DNA of 42,270 nt from a virus (taxonomy: Duplodnaviria; Caudoviricetes), in the IMG/VR virus record IMGVR_UViG_3300034357_000690, positions 1 to 42,270 of that record. One strand, 5' to 3'. Positions within the stretch are counted from its first letter, which is position 1; the number at the start of each line of letters is the position of its first letter. Positions 1-8,230 of this stretch are shown here, in pieces. Under the pieces are notes generated by a model. It worked only from the letters and a program-made list of their open reading frames with translations. It was not told where the DNA came from and made no database searches. The translations under genes and the position numbers were made by a program.

Positions 1-60
1 CGGCGATTCTGAGCCCCCTGAGAGCGTTTCTCCGGGGTGATCGCCGCTAGGGGGTGGCGT

Positions 61-89
61 CGGCCGCCGCGATCAGCGGCGGCCGTTTT
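61..89 (+). terminator. Possible intrinsic terminator
   Basis: 10-bp perfect stem CGGCCGCCGC/GCGGCGGCCG, 5-nt loop, followed by TTTT. Confidence 0.4.
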
Positions 90-178
90 GGGGCTTCTGG
101 CGACGTTTGGGCGCGGACTCGACGATTGGGTGTCGTTCGCAGCCGGGGCACCCCGCGTGCCGCGGGGCGGAAGGACCC

Positions 179-214
179 GTGTACGGCCGTGCACTATTGT
201 GCACGGCCGTACAC
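179..214. repeat. Perfect 16-bp inverted repeat (4-nt loop)
   Basis: GTGTACGGCCGTGCAC-TATT-GTGCACGGCCGTACAC. Confidence 0.95.
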
Positions 215-223
215 TCATGCCGA

Positions 224-302
224 GTATTTCGATAGCCCTCCCCAACCGGCCGAGAGTATTTCGATAGCCGACGGCCGTCGGCCGCGGGGTATTTCGATAG
301 CC
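224..302 (+). repeat. Three 14-bp direct repeats, iteron-like
   Basis: GTATTTCGATAGCC at 224, 256 and 289 (period 32-33 bp). Confidence 0.9.
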
Positions 303-326
303 GACCATGTTCACGACCGGCCGACC

Positions 327-401
327 GCGACCAGGTCGGCGACCTGGTCGCCGCTGACCGCTGGCCGCTCGCCGCTGGTCGCTGGTCGCTGGTCGCTGGT
401 C
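327..401. repeat. 11-bp hairpin followed by a heptamer tandem repeat
   Basis: GCGACCAGGTC-GGC-GACCTGGTCGC at 327-351; (GCTGGTC)x4 at 374-401. Confidence 0.9.
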
Positions 402-489
402 GGATTCTCACTTACCAACTGTCCGGTCGGAAACAACTTCGCAGCAACGCCCGTATTCCAGCACACAAAAATATTTTTGTGTGTCGCAC

Positions 490-518
490 TTGACGCCTAC
501 TATCCGATGGGATACTAT
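490..518 (+). promoter_or_regulatory. Sigma70-type early promoter
   Basis: TTGACG-17 nt-TACTAT with an AT-rich upstream tract (about 467-480), upstream of ATG 544. Confidence 0.75.
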
Positions 519-543
519 GACCACAACACGGGAGCGAAAGACG

Positions 544-1128
544 ATGAACACGACCGAACATAAAGCCGCCGCCGCGGCGGCTGGGATCGAGTGGGCCGAC
601 GTGATGGCGGTCTATCGCGAAATGCGGGCGATGGAATCCGACCTGGTTTCAAGCCAGACCGCATTCCGCCGCGAGGCTTTCCAGGAGTTGTCCGGCGACC
701 AACACGGCGGCCGGGCGAAGTTTGCCAACCGGCACGCTTTCACGACGGGCGATGCTGCGAATCTGTCCCTGGACACTGTGGCCGCATTCCGGGGCATGGC
801 GTCCGCCGACCTTTACTCCGACCTCGCCGCTGATGCCCCGACACTCCGCGACGCGGACGACGTGATGCGGGAGGCGATCGCCCGCGTCATCGACCAGGCG
901 GCCGCCGACGACGACGTGGAAACGACCTGGACCGGTCTAGTTGCTGCCGCTGCCGCCGCCGACATAACCGAGCAATGGCTGCGCCAACTCGTCCGGTCCG
1001 GCAAGGTCCGCGGCCGGAAGATCGGCCGCCGTTGGGAGGTCGCCGCGGCCGACGTGGTTTTCTTCCAGCGCCACCCAACCGCCGGCCGTCCCCGCGTTCG
1101 TGCTCACCTTGCGGCCGCTCCTTTCTAG
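544..1128 (+). CDS. Protein with a C-terminal excisionase/MerR-like HTH (HTH_17-like)
   Basis: C-terminus ITEQWLRQLVRSGKVRGRKIGRRWEV...GRPR; GGAG before ATG 544. Confidence 0.65.
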   Translation: MNTTEHKAAAAAAGIEWADVMAVYREMRAMESDLVSSQTAFRREAFQELSGDQHGGRAKFANRHAFTTGDAANLSLDTVAAFRGMASADLYSDLAADAPTLRDADDVMREAIARVIDQAAADDDVETTWTGLVAAAAAADITEQWLRQLVRSGKVRGRKIGRRWEVAAADVVFFQRHPTAGRPRVRAHLAAAPF

Positions 1129-1218
1129 CCTATTGTTGCCCATCGGACACAACCAACAACACAACCCGAACCGGCCGCGGGATTCAAACGGCCGGAACAC
1201 TTGAACGGAGAGACGACG

Positions 1219-1686
1219 ATGAATGCCACAACCAACCAGACCAGCAAGGCGACGCTCTGCGACATGGTCCGCAAGTTCATTGACCAGCGGAGCGGAATCG
1301 ACCCTCGCGAGTACGGCAACGACCGAGCGGCCTTCATGTCCGACTATCGGCCGATGCTGCGGGCCGGTCGCGATGCCCGCAGGCTCCTCGCCTTCGTTGA
1401 AGGCCGCGAGGACATCACCGCAGACGACATCATCACCACAACCAGCGGCAACCGTCGGCTGGAGTTTTTCTACGCTGGTGGCGGAGTGCGGCTGGACTAC
1501 ACGACCGGTCAATACTTTCCGACCGAATACCGGGCAGCGGCTTGCTCGATTCTTGCGGGCCTGGTTTGGCAAGCACTCGACCGCGACCTGGGCGGCAGCG
1601 ATCAGGAAAACGGAGCGGCCGACGCTATCCGCCGTCGCGCTGCCCGCATCTTCGGCCGTGGCATCGCAAGCCGCTTTTTCTCTTGA
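1219..1686 (+). CDS. Hypothetical phage protein
   Basis: GGAG RBS, protein-like composition (MNATTNQ...SRFFS). Confidence 0.7.
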   Translation: MNATTNQTSKATLCDMVRKFIDQRSGIDPREYGNDRAAFMSDYRPMLRAGRDARRLLAFVEGREDITADDIITTTSGNRRLEFFYAGGGVRLDYTTGQYFPTEYRAAACSILAGLVWQALDRDLGGSDQENGAADAIRRRAARIFGRGIASRFFS

Positions 1687-1780
1687 TGCCCGGCCCCCCG
1701 TCGCCCCCCGTCGCCCGCGGGCGGGGGCAAACGGGCGGCCGACGTTCGACCGACCACAACCACAACCAGGAGCCACAACC

Positions 1781-2041
1781 ATGCCCGACTACCTTGCACG
1801 ATTCGACCGCGGACCGTCGACGCGGTTTGACGCCGTCACCGACTCAGCGGCCATCGACTACGCCCGCGCACTACTCGCCGACGAGGGGGCAGACGATGGC
1901 GAATCCGCCAGCGTCTACCGGCTGGACGACGACGCCAACGGAGTCGAGGAGTTTATCGGCGAGGTAGTCGCCGGCGACGACGACCAGGCCGACGACGACC
2001 GGCCGGCTCCGTGCTACTGGCGAGAGGGTTTCCCCAACTGA
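1781..2041 (+). CDS. Small acidic hypothetical protein
   Basis: AGGAG RBS inside the CA-rich leader; MPDYLARF... is the 3' part of ORF 1223..2041. Confidence 0.7.
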   Translation: MPDYLARFDRGPSTRFDAVTDSAAIDYARALLADEGADDGESASVYRLDDDANGVEEFIGEVVAGDDDQADDDRPAPCYWREGFPN

Positions 2042-2144
2042 CCGCCGCGGCCCCACGGCCACCGGCCGCCACCGATGGCGGCCGGAAACCGGGCGGCCGG
2101 GCACAACGCCCGACCACAACCCACCACAACCAGGAGCACAACCC

Positions 2145-2429
2145 ATGCCCGCCTACCACGTCCCGCAGATCGACCACGCAGCCTATCCCCGACGATGCCG
2201 CACCATGAGCGACGCCGAACTTATGTTCACGATCGCCGACGCGAAGTCTGCCCTCGCCGCGATGCCCGATAGCGACAAGGCCAGCTACTACGCGGACGAA
2301 ATCTGCTACGCGGCCGACGAGCTCGAGCGTCGCCGCCGTGGCGGCCGCCGCACCAGGCCGACCGTCGACGACATGGCGGCCGCCGCGGCCGCTTGTGCCT
2401 GGAGCCTGGCCGAAGGCCTTGACGACTGA
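2145..2429 (+). CDS. Hypothetical protein
   Basis: AGGAG RBS, same leader motif as neighbours. Confidence 0.7.
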   Translation: MPAYHVPQIDHAAYPRRCRTMSDAELMFTIADAKSALAAMPDSDKASYYADEICYAADELERRRRGGRRTRPTVDDMAAAAAACAWSLAEGLDD

Positions 2430-2534
2430 GCCTGGCCGCCCCGGCCACCCCTGGCCAGCCGGCCAGGGGGAACCGGGCCGGCTCGGCAACCCGCCGCACC
2501 GACAACCCACGACCCCAACCCGGAGAACCAGGCC

Positions 2535-2921
2535 ATGACAACCACAACCACCGACACCGCCACCGACCAGCGCCCGACGTGCTCGGCATGCGGGAGCCAC
2601 AACGTCGAGACAACCGCGTGGATTGACTACGACGCCGACGGCATCGCCTACGTCGTCGAAGGGGAAGGCCCGCACGGCGACGAACTAGGCAACTGGTGCC
2701 ACGATTGCGACGACCACGTAGACCTGGACTACCCGACAACCACGCCGGCCGACGACGCCCGCCGCCAGGCCGTCAACGCGGCCCGACAGCACGCCGGGGA
2801 AATGCTGGATCTTCTCCGGGCCATCGTCCGGCCAATGAACCGCCCCAGCACTCCAGATGATTGTGCCGCGTGCGGGTCTGCCATGTTTCGGGCACGGGAG
2901 CTTGTCGCCCTCCTTACCTGA
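2535..2921 (+). CDS. Hypothetical Zn-ribbon protein
   Basis: CSACGS...WCHDC and CAACGS motifs; GGAG RBS. Confidence 0.7.
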   Translation: MTTTTTDTATDQRPTCSACGSHNVETTAWIDYDADGIAYVVEGEGPHGDELGNWCHDCDDHVDLDYPTTTPADDARRQAVNAARQHAGEMLDLLRAIVRPMNRPSTPDDCAACGSAMFRARELVALLT

Positions 2922-3032
2922 CCGGCCGCCCCCACGCCGGCCCCGGCGTCCGCCGCGGCCGGCCAGGGGGATGCCGGGCGCGTTGCCCGACAACCCACAA
3001 CCACAACCAACACACAACCAGGAAAACCAACC

Positions 3033-4178
3033 ATGAAGAAGCGCACTGTATTCGGACTTCCCCTCACACCCATCTGCCACCTGGCCGAGGTCGCCGGGTC
3101 CAGCTTTTGCGTCAGCTATGCAACTCGCAGCAAACTCGGCGGCCAGCTCGACCAGGCGATTGAGGCCGTAGGCGACGACGAGATCCTACTCCTGGACAAC
3201 GGCGCGTTCTCCGCGTGGCGGTCCGGCGTGCCGATGGACGTGGACGGCTTCGCCCGATGGGCCGCGGACATCATGGCTCGATGCCCGCAGGCCGTCGCCG
3301 TCGTGCCCGACGTGATCGACGGCGACGCCGCGGACAACGACGCCATGTTGATCGACTTCCGCGGTGCCGTGCTCGAACTCGGCTTGCAGCTCGACGCCGA
3401 TCGGACGATGGCCGTATGGCACATGCACGAACCGCTTGAGCGCCTTACCGGCCTGGTCGAAGGCGGTTTCCAATACGTGGCCATCGGTTCTAGCGGCGAG
3501 TATGCACAACCAGGGACGACCGCCTGGCACGCCCGTATCGGCCAGGCCCTCGCGGCCCTCGACGAGCTGGTGGCCGGATCCAACGGAGCCTACCGGCGGC
3601 CGTGGCTCCACATGATGCGGGCCCAGGCCGAGGCACACCGATACGATTTTGACTCGTCGGACTCCTGCAACCTAGCAGTGAACCACTGCCGATACCGCGA
3701 GACGGGCCCCGGCCACGTCGGCCGCCTGGCCGCCCGCATCGCGGGCAAGATCGACGCCAGCTGCGACGGCACCGAACGTGCAACCATTGAGCCACCGGCC
3801 GACGCCGTGGCGGCCGAGGCCGCATTCCGCGAGAAGCTCGCCACCGTCTACGGCCGCCGGCCACAACCAGGCGCACAACCCGCGGCCGCCCAGGCGACAA
3901 CCCAGCTGTATCTATTTGCGTTTGAGCCCGAGGCCACGCCCGCGAAATGGATCGGCCACCGTGGCCCCTGGGGCCGAAACCTCGCCTGGACCCGCGACGA
4001 CCTACCGGGCCTGATCGTCCGCCACTGCGGCCACGGCACTGCCCTCTACCCGTACTACATAACGACCGGCGACAACCGATCGCCGGTCGACGGCAGAACC
4101 TACGGAAGCCTCAACGAATGCCAAACCGCGGCCGACACCTTGCACAAGGCCAGCCACAACCATGCCGCAATCGCTTGA
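3033..4178 (+). CDS. TGT/DpdA-like (tRNA-guanine transglycosylase-fold) protein with an extra C-terminal domain
   Basis: LLLDNGAFSAW, AVVPDVIDGD, VWHMHE, AIGSSG, LHMMR and FDSSDS motifs resemble phage TGT-like TIM barrels. Confidence 0.6.
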   Translation: MKKRTVFGLPLTPICHLAEVAGSSFCVSYATRSKLGGQLDQAIEAVGDDEILLLDNGAFSAWRSGVPMDVDGFARWAADIMARCPQAVAVVPDVIDGDAADNDAMLIDFRGAVLELGLQLDADRTMAVWHMHEPLERLTGLVEGGFQYVAIGSSGEYAQPGTTAWHARIGQALAALDELVAGSNGAYRRPWLHMMRAQAEAHRYDFDSSDSCNLAVNHCRYRETGPGHVGRLAARIAGKIDASCDGTERATIEPPADAVAAEAAFREKLATVYGRRPQPGAQPAAAQATTQLYLFAFEPEATPAKWIGHRGPWGRNLAWTRDDLPGLIVRHCGHGTALYPYYITTGDNRSPVDGRTYGSLNECQTAADTLHKASHNHAAIA

Positions 4179-4202
4179 CAGTTGGAGCCGACCGGCAACA
4201 AT
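4175..4202 (+). promoter_or_regulatory. Promoter candidate with an operator-like motif
   Basis: TTGACA-16 nt-AACAAT just before ATG 4210; overlaps the repeat motif at 4185-4201. Confidence 0.45.
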
Positions 4203-4209
4203 GTCCCAC

Positions 4210-4428
4210 ATGGCACCCAAGATCGACCCGGACAAATACGTCACCATCGGCACCGCCGCCAAGCTGGCGAACGTGTCGCGGCTATGGATGAGGAAGCTAG
4301 TCCAGAATGGGCACGTCTCCGGAATCCAGATCGACAACCAATGGTTTGCCCTACGGTCGGCGGTCGAATCGTTCGCCGAGACAGCATCCGGCCGCGGCCG
4401 ACCACGCGGCGGAAACCACGCCCACTAG
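4210..4428 (+). CDS. Small HTH_17/excisionase-like DNA-binding protein
   Basis: YVTIGTAAKLANVSRLWMRKLVQNGHVSG...W...GRPR. Confidence 0.75.
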   Translation: MAPKIDPDKYVTIGTAAKLANVSRLWMRKLVQNGHVSGIQIDNQWFALRSAVESFAETASGRGRPRGGNHAH

Positions 4429-4458
4429 CCCTCAACAGAAAAAACTTTCCCTAACCCC

Positions 4459-4487
4459 TTGTCTAGTTGTTGCCGATTGGATACAAA
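4459..4487 (+). promoter_or_regulatory. Promoter candidate with an operator-like motif in the spacer
   Basis: TTGTCT-17 nt-TACAAA, upstream A-tract, motif at 4467-4483. Confidence 0.45.
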
Positions 4488-4538
4488 TAGACAGCCAGCA
4501 CACCCCGCGGCCCCGGCCGCACAACCAGGAGAGAACCC

Positions 4539-4832
4539 ATGAAAACAAAGTATCCCGACTACGACCGTGCCGTGTTGCTCGCCCAGAGAATCTCCCACGA
4601 GCTGCCGACGGGCTGGGGCACGGTGACTGCCGTCGCCACAACCAATGGGATCACGGGCCAGCGCGTGATCGTCGGGCGGGAGTTTTCGCTTGACGACTCG
4701 CGGATGCCGGACGAACCCACCGCCGATGAGCTTCGGTCGGTGTGGTCGATCGTCCGCCCCTTTGCCGTTGGAGGCATCGAGTTGCGGACGCACGACGCCG
4801 GTGCCGACCTGTTGATCGGAGGTGCCGCATGA
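4539..4832 (+). CDS. Hypothetical protein
   Basis: AGGAG RBS; ATGA overlap with the next gene. Confidence 0.7.
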   Translation: MKTKYPDYDRAVLLAQRISHELPTGWGTVTAVATTNGITGQRVIVGREFSLDDSRMPDEPTADELRSVWSIVRPFAVGGIELRTHDAGADLLIGGAA

Positions 4833-5323
4833 CCCCCGACATCCTCGCCCTCCTCGACTCCGGCTGTCTCATCATCCGCGTCGCCCGCCGGGAGAAACGC
4901 CCGATAGGGGCAGCCTGGCAAACTAAAGCCACCAACGACCCCGACGACGTGGCCCGGTGGCTCGCCGCCGGCTCGAACATCGGCATCCTGCTCGGCCCCA
5001 TGTCGGGCGTCGTCGACGTGGAATACGACACGCCCGAGGGCCGCGACCAGCTCGCCGCCTTCGGCTTGCTCGATATCCCGACGCCGACCTGGCGGTCGGC
5101 CCGAGGAGAGCACCGGCTCTACCACTGGGAACCGTGGATGCCGGAGACCGCCGTCATCAAGGCCGACGACCTGGAGATCCGGATTGGCGGCCGTGCCGCC
5201 CAGTCGGTCCTGCCGCCCTCGATCCACCCCACGGGCATGGCATACGAGTGGACAACCAGCCCGGCAGACGTGCCGATCGCCGGCTTCCCGGCCCAGCTCA
5301 TGGCGCAGGAGTTGTTCCAATGA
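4829..5323 (+). CDS. Bifunctional DNA primase/polymerase N-terminal (Prim-Pol) domain protein
   Basis: KRP...W, NIGILLG...VVDVEYD, TPTWRSARGEHRLY, SVLPPSIHPTG..YEW. Confidence 0.85.
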   Translation: MTPDILALLDSGCLIIRVARREKRPIGAAWQTKATNDPDDVARWLAAGSNIGILLGPMSGVVDVEYDTPEGRDQLAAFGLLDIPTPTWRSARGEHRLYHWEPWMPETAVIKADDLEIRIGGRAAQSVLPPSIHPTGMAYEWTTSPADVPIAGFPAQLMAQELFQ

Positions 5324-5457
5324 CGCGCCCCACCTGGAACGACGCCATCCGCAGCCTACTCTTGGTTCGCATCGGGCAGGAGCTAGGGACCGACTCCCGG
5401 CTCGCCCGTGCCGTCCACGACGCGATCGACGCCGTGCTCGCGATCCTCGGCCAGTGA
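5320..5457 (+). CDS. Small hypothetical protein (45 aa)
   Basis: ATGA coupling, AGGAG RBS, amphipathic helix. Confidence 0.55.
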   Translation: MTRPTWNDAIRSLLLVRIGQELGTDSRLARAVHDAIDAVLAILGQ

Positions 5458-5808
5458 TCGTGCCATCGCCCGCAGAGTCGTCCGCCAGCCCGGCGACGGC
5501 CACCAGAGATCCAGTAGCACCACCCCGATCGCCGACGTGGTGCCGCAAAGGATTGCATCCCATAGCGGGCCCGACCCTTGCCGGGCTTCCCACTGCTCGC
5601 GAACCTGTGCCTGCATCAGCAGCATCGCCAGCCGGACGGATGCGTGATTCCGCCCACCGTTTGACGCGGCATCCTCAAGGTGAGAGTGCGGCCAATGCCG
5701 CACAACCAACCTCGTGAGACCGTTTACCCGCCACGGCTTGGCGTAGGTGACCCGCGGCCCCAACCGGTAGCGGACGTGCGCCTGCAGTTGGGTGATCGCG
5801 TCGTTCAC
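5383..5808 (-). CDS. Hypothetical protein, last gene of the late arm
   Basis: Follows 5812..6021 after a 3-nt gap; has a hydrophobic segment. Confidence 0.6.
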   Translation of the reverse strand: MNDAITQLQAHVRYRLGPRVTYAKPWRVNGLTRLVVRHWPHSHLEDAASNGGRNHASVRLAMLLMQAQVREQWEARQGSGPLWDAILCGTTSAIGVVLLDLWWPSPGWRTTLRAMARSLAEDREHGVDRVVDGTGEPGVGP

Positions 5809-5811
5809 TCG

Positions 5812-6021
5812 TCACCGCCTGGGTGGGCAGGATCCCGAGACACAGGTCGTGCCCGACTTCACCGGCACCGGGGCCGGCGGCTTCGCCGCCATCTCCTCGA
5901 GGATCGACGCCCTGGCGGCCGACACCGCAGCCGCAGCTCGTGCCGGCTCGGTCGCGATCCGGTCGTGGTCCGCCGACAGCCAAACCAGCAGTGACACAAG
6001 CCAACGCCAGATCATGCTCAT
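5812..6021 (-). CDS. Small secreted or membrane protein
   Basis: N-terminal hydrophobic segment, C-terminal CVSGSCP; ATGA coupling. Confidence 0.6.
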   Translation of the reverse strand: MSMIWRWLVSLLVWLSADHDRIATEPARAAAAVSAARASILEEMAAKPPAPVPVKSGTTCVSGSCPPRR

Positions 6022-6272
6022 GATGGCTTTACCTCATCGAGTTTTCGCCAGATCGCCATGCACGCGACCGCACCGACAACCGACAGCACGATCCCCGCCG
6101 GCCGGTAGTGGTTGCCAGACACGAGCGAACCGGCCAAACCTCCGGCCACCGAACCCACGACGCCGACGGCAATCGTCTGCCAGCGGCTGGTCGGCTTGAC
6201 CGGCGGCCACAACCATTCGGCCACCGAACCAGCGATCCAGCCAAACACGATCCACAGAATGATTGAGAACAT
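6018..6272 (-). CDS. GlsB/YeaQ/YmgE (transglycosylase-associated) membrane protein
   Basis: IILWIVFGWIAGSVA...TIAVGVVGSVAGG...SVVGAV; 3 predicted TM segments. Confidence 0.8.
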   Translation of the reverse strand: MFSIILWIVFGWIAGSVAEWLWPPVKPTSRWQTIAVGVVGSVAGGLAGSLVSGNHYRPAGIVLSVVGAVACMAIWRKLDEVKPS

Positions 6273-6532
6273 CACCAGCCCTCCGCATGACATACGAGTG
6301 ATCGGTCCCCACAGTGGGCGGCCGCATATTGCTCCTCAACAGGTCGAGGTGCCGGCTCGGCGAAAACCGTCATCCACAACCCAAGTTTCGCCAGCCGAGA
6401 CACGAACTGGAGGAACGGCCGCTGCGGCCGCGGGCTGAAAGGATTCACTGGGTCGAACCCTGGCACACTGGCGGCCAGATAGCCGGCCACCAAACAGCCG
6501 AGACAGGAGAGAACGACGTTGCGTTTTGTCAT
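6272..6532 (-). CDS. Hypothetical membrane or secreted protein
   Basis: MTKRNVVLSCLGCLVAG signal-like N-terminus; coupled to the next gene. Confidence 0.65.
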   Translation of the reverse strand: MTKRNVVLSCLGCLVAGYLAASVPGFDPVNPFSPRPQRPFLQFVSRLAKLGLWMTVFAEPAPRPVEEQYAAAHCGDRSLVCHAEGW

Positions 6533-6540
6533 GACAACAC

Positions 6541-7689
6541 TCAGAGGGCGAGGTGGTGATTGACTGCCGGCAGCTTCGCCGCGTCGGTCGGGGCCGGGGC
6601 CGGCTGCAACCAACCGGCGTGATCGAGGTCGCGATACCGGAAGCCGTCGACCGAACCGATTACGAACGAATCGCCCTGGGCGAGGATCGCTTCCGCGTCC
6701 TGGCGAGAAATCCAGAAGCTCCCATCCGGCTGGTCGGCTGGGTGCTTTTGTCCCCCTACATACGACCCCCAGCTATTTAAAATAAGGATCCCGTCGCGTG
6801 GGTTCTTCATCGGGGTGGCGGACCCGGGGCCGTTGTTCGCCGCGTACTTCACAGAGCAAGCAACCATGCAGTGGTTCCAGGGTTGTGCTGAACGACGGCA
6901 GAACCCGTCAGCATCGCGATCGCCGGTTGCGAATCCGACGTTGCTGCAAATCGGGACGCACATGCCCGACTCGATCGCCGCTGTCAGCGACTCCCAATCC
7001 TCACACAGTGCCACGGCCCGGGCGGTGTGGTCACGGCCCAGCTTTGCGAGGGACGACGGCACGCCGGCGTTGCCCCACTGGCGCGACCTGTCGATCGAGT
7101 AGGTCGTGAGGTCGATGTCGCCGTAGACCTGGCGGTAGAGGATCCCGCCGACCGTCTGGTCCCTGCATCGGCCCGACACCCAGCGTGCCGCGGCACCGCC
7201 GTAGGAGCCGTCAGAGAACCCAGCGTTGGTGACCGGCGGCATCCGCCCTGCGGTCCTCGAGCCCCCATAGATTGGCTCGGTCGCCACGACCAGCGGGCAT
7301 TCAGCCAGACCGCCAGCGACGTGGTCGACACACTGACCGATGTACGAACCCATGGCCCAACCGAAAGAGACGCACGTCCCGGCACTGCCCTGGTTCCACG
7401 GACCGAACGGCTTGCCGTACCGCTGCCGGTGGCAGCGGTCAGCGAACCGATACAGGTAGGCATCGCGACCCTTCGCACCGGCGATGACCTCGGCCCCGGC
7501 TTGGCGGAATAGCGGCTGGTCTAGTTCGCGAAGAAACTCCCGCGTACCTTCTGCGTCAGGGACATAACCGAAGTTGCTCTCGACTTTGTCGGCCAGTTTG
7601 GAGACGTACCGTGAAACCACGGTCCCCAGCACCGCCGCAAAAACCACGAACGCGATCGCCGACCAGGTCCACTCGCTACTTCGCCGCAT
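6541..7689 (-). CDS. Membrane-anchored papain-like (C1) cysteine peptidase
   Basis: NQGSAGTCVSFG (catalytic Cys), WNHCM (His), ILNSWG (Asn); N-terminal TM segment. Confidence 0.8.
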   Translation of the reverse strand: MRRSSEWTWSAIAFVVFAAVLGTVVSRYVSKLADKVESNFGYVPDAEGTREFLRELDQPLFRQAGAEVIAGAKGRDAYLYRFADRCHRQRYGKPFGPWNQGSAGTCVSFGWAMGSYIGQCVDHVAGGLAECPLVVATEPIYGGSRTAGRMPPVTNAGFSDGSYGGAAARWVSGRCRDQTVGGILYRQVYGDIDLTTYSIDRSRQWGNAGVPSSLAKLGRDHTARAVALCEDWESLTAAIESGMCVPICSNVGFATGDRDADGFCRRSAQPWNHCMVACSVKYAANNGPGSATPMKNPRDGILILNSWGSYVGGQKHPADQPDGSFWISRQDAEAILAQGDSFVIGSVDGFRYRDLDHAGWLQPAPAPTDAAKLPAVNHHLAL

Positions 7690-8230
7690 CGGTGGCAGCC
7701 CTCCCCAGATCGCGATAGGCGACAACCCACGCCGAACGCTGCTCGGCGGTCAGCGGCCCGCCGTCGGTGCCCACGGCGTCATCGAGGTATTTGGCGATCG
7801 CGTCGCGGGCAACCGGTTGCCGGTCGCCAATCGAAATACCCCGGCAGCGAAGGATCCGGGTCCGCTTCCGCAGCTCGTCTACCGCGATGCCGGTGGAGAG
7901 GTAGCCGTCGGGGGTGCCGGAGGAAAACTCGATTTCGTCAGCCAACTCCGAACACACCGCGCCGATGAGAGCTGCGTCCTCCGAGGCCGTGGGGCCGGAG
8001 AACAATCCCGCCAGCGACAGCGGACCCACGTCCGGGGCCGGCGTCGGCCCGGGGCCGGGGGACGCCGGCGGCATGATCCCGTATGCGATAGCCGCGGCGA
8101 CCAGCGCGATGCCGGCGTAGTGGCGGGGCGTGAGTTTGGCGGCGGCGGCCTTTGCCTTTGCGGCGAATGGCTGGAGGTGAGGCCAGCCCCAGGCTGCCAC
8201 CGCTGCGAGTACCAGGAGAGTAGGGATCAT
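7676..8230 (-). CDS. Membrane protein with a Pro-rich linker
   Basis: Two N-terminal hydrophobic helices, PGPGPTPAP linker. Confidence 0.7.
   Translation of the reverse strand: MIPTLLVLAAVAAWGWPHLQPFAAKAKAAAAKLTPRHYAGIALVAAAIAYGIMPPASPGPGPTPAPDVGPLSLAGLFSGPTASEDAALIGAVCSELADEIEFSSGTPDGYLSTGIAVDELRKRTRILRCRGISIGDRQPVARDAIAKYLDDAVGTDGGPLTAEQRSAWVVAYRDLGRAATDAAK

Noticed and set aside
224-302. Direct repeats as a mini CRISPR array
   Set aside because: Repeats are only 14 bp with 18-19 nt spacers, there are three copies, and there are no cas genes
37-563. ORFs 37..267, 54..563 and 73..411
   Set aside because: They run through palindromes and tandem repeats, lack an RBS and give non-protein-like translations
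5383-5457. Bidirectional terminator at the convergence of the two arms
   Set aside because: The convergent ORFs overlap by about 75 nt, and I found no convincing stem plus U-tract
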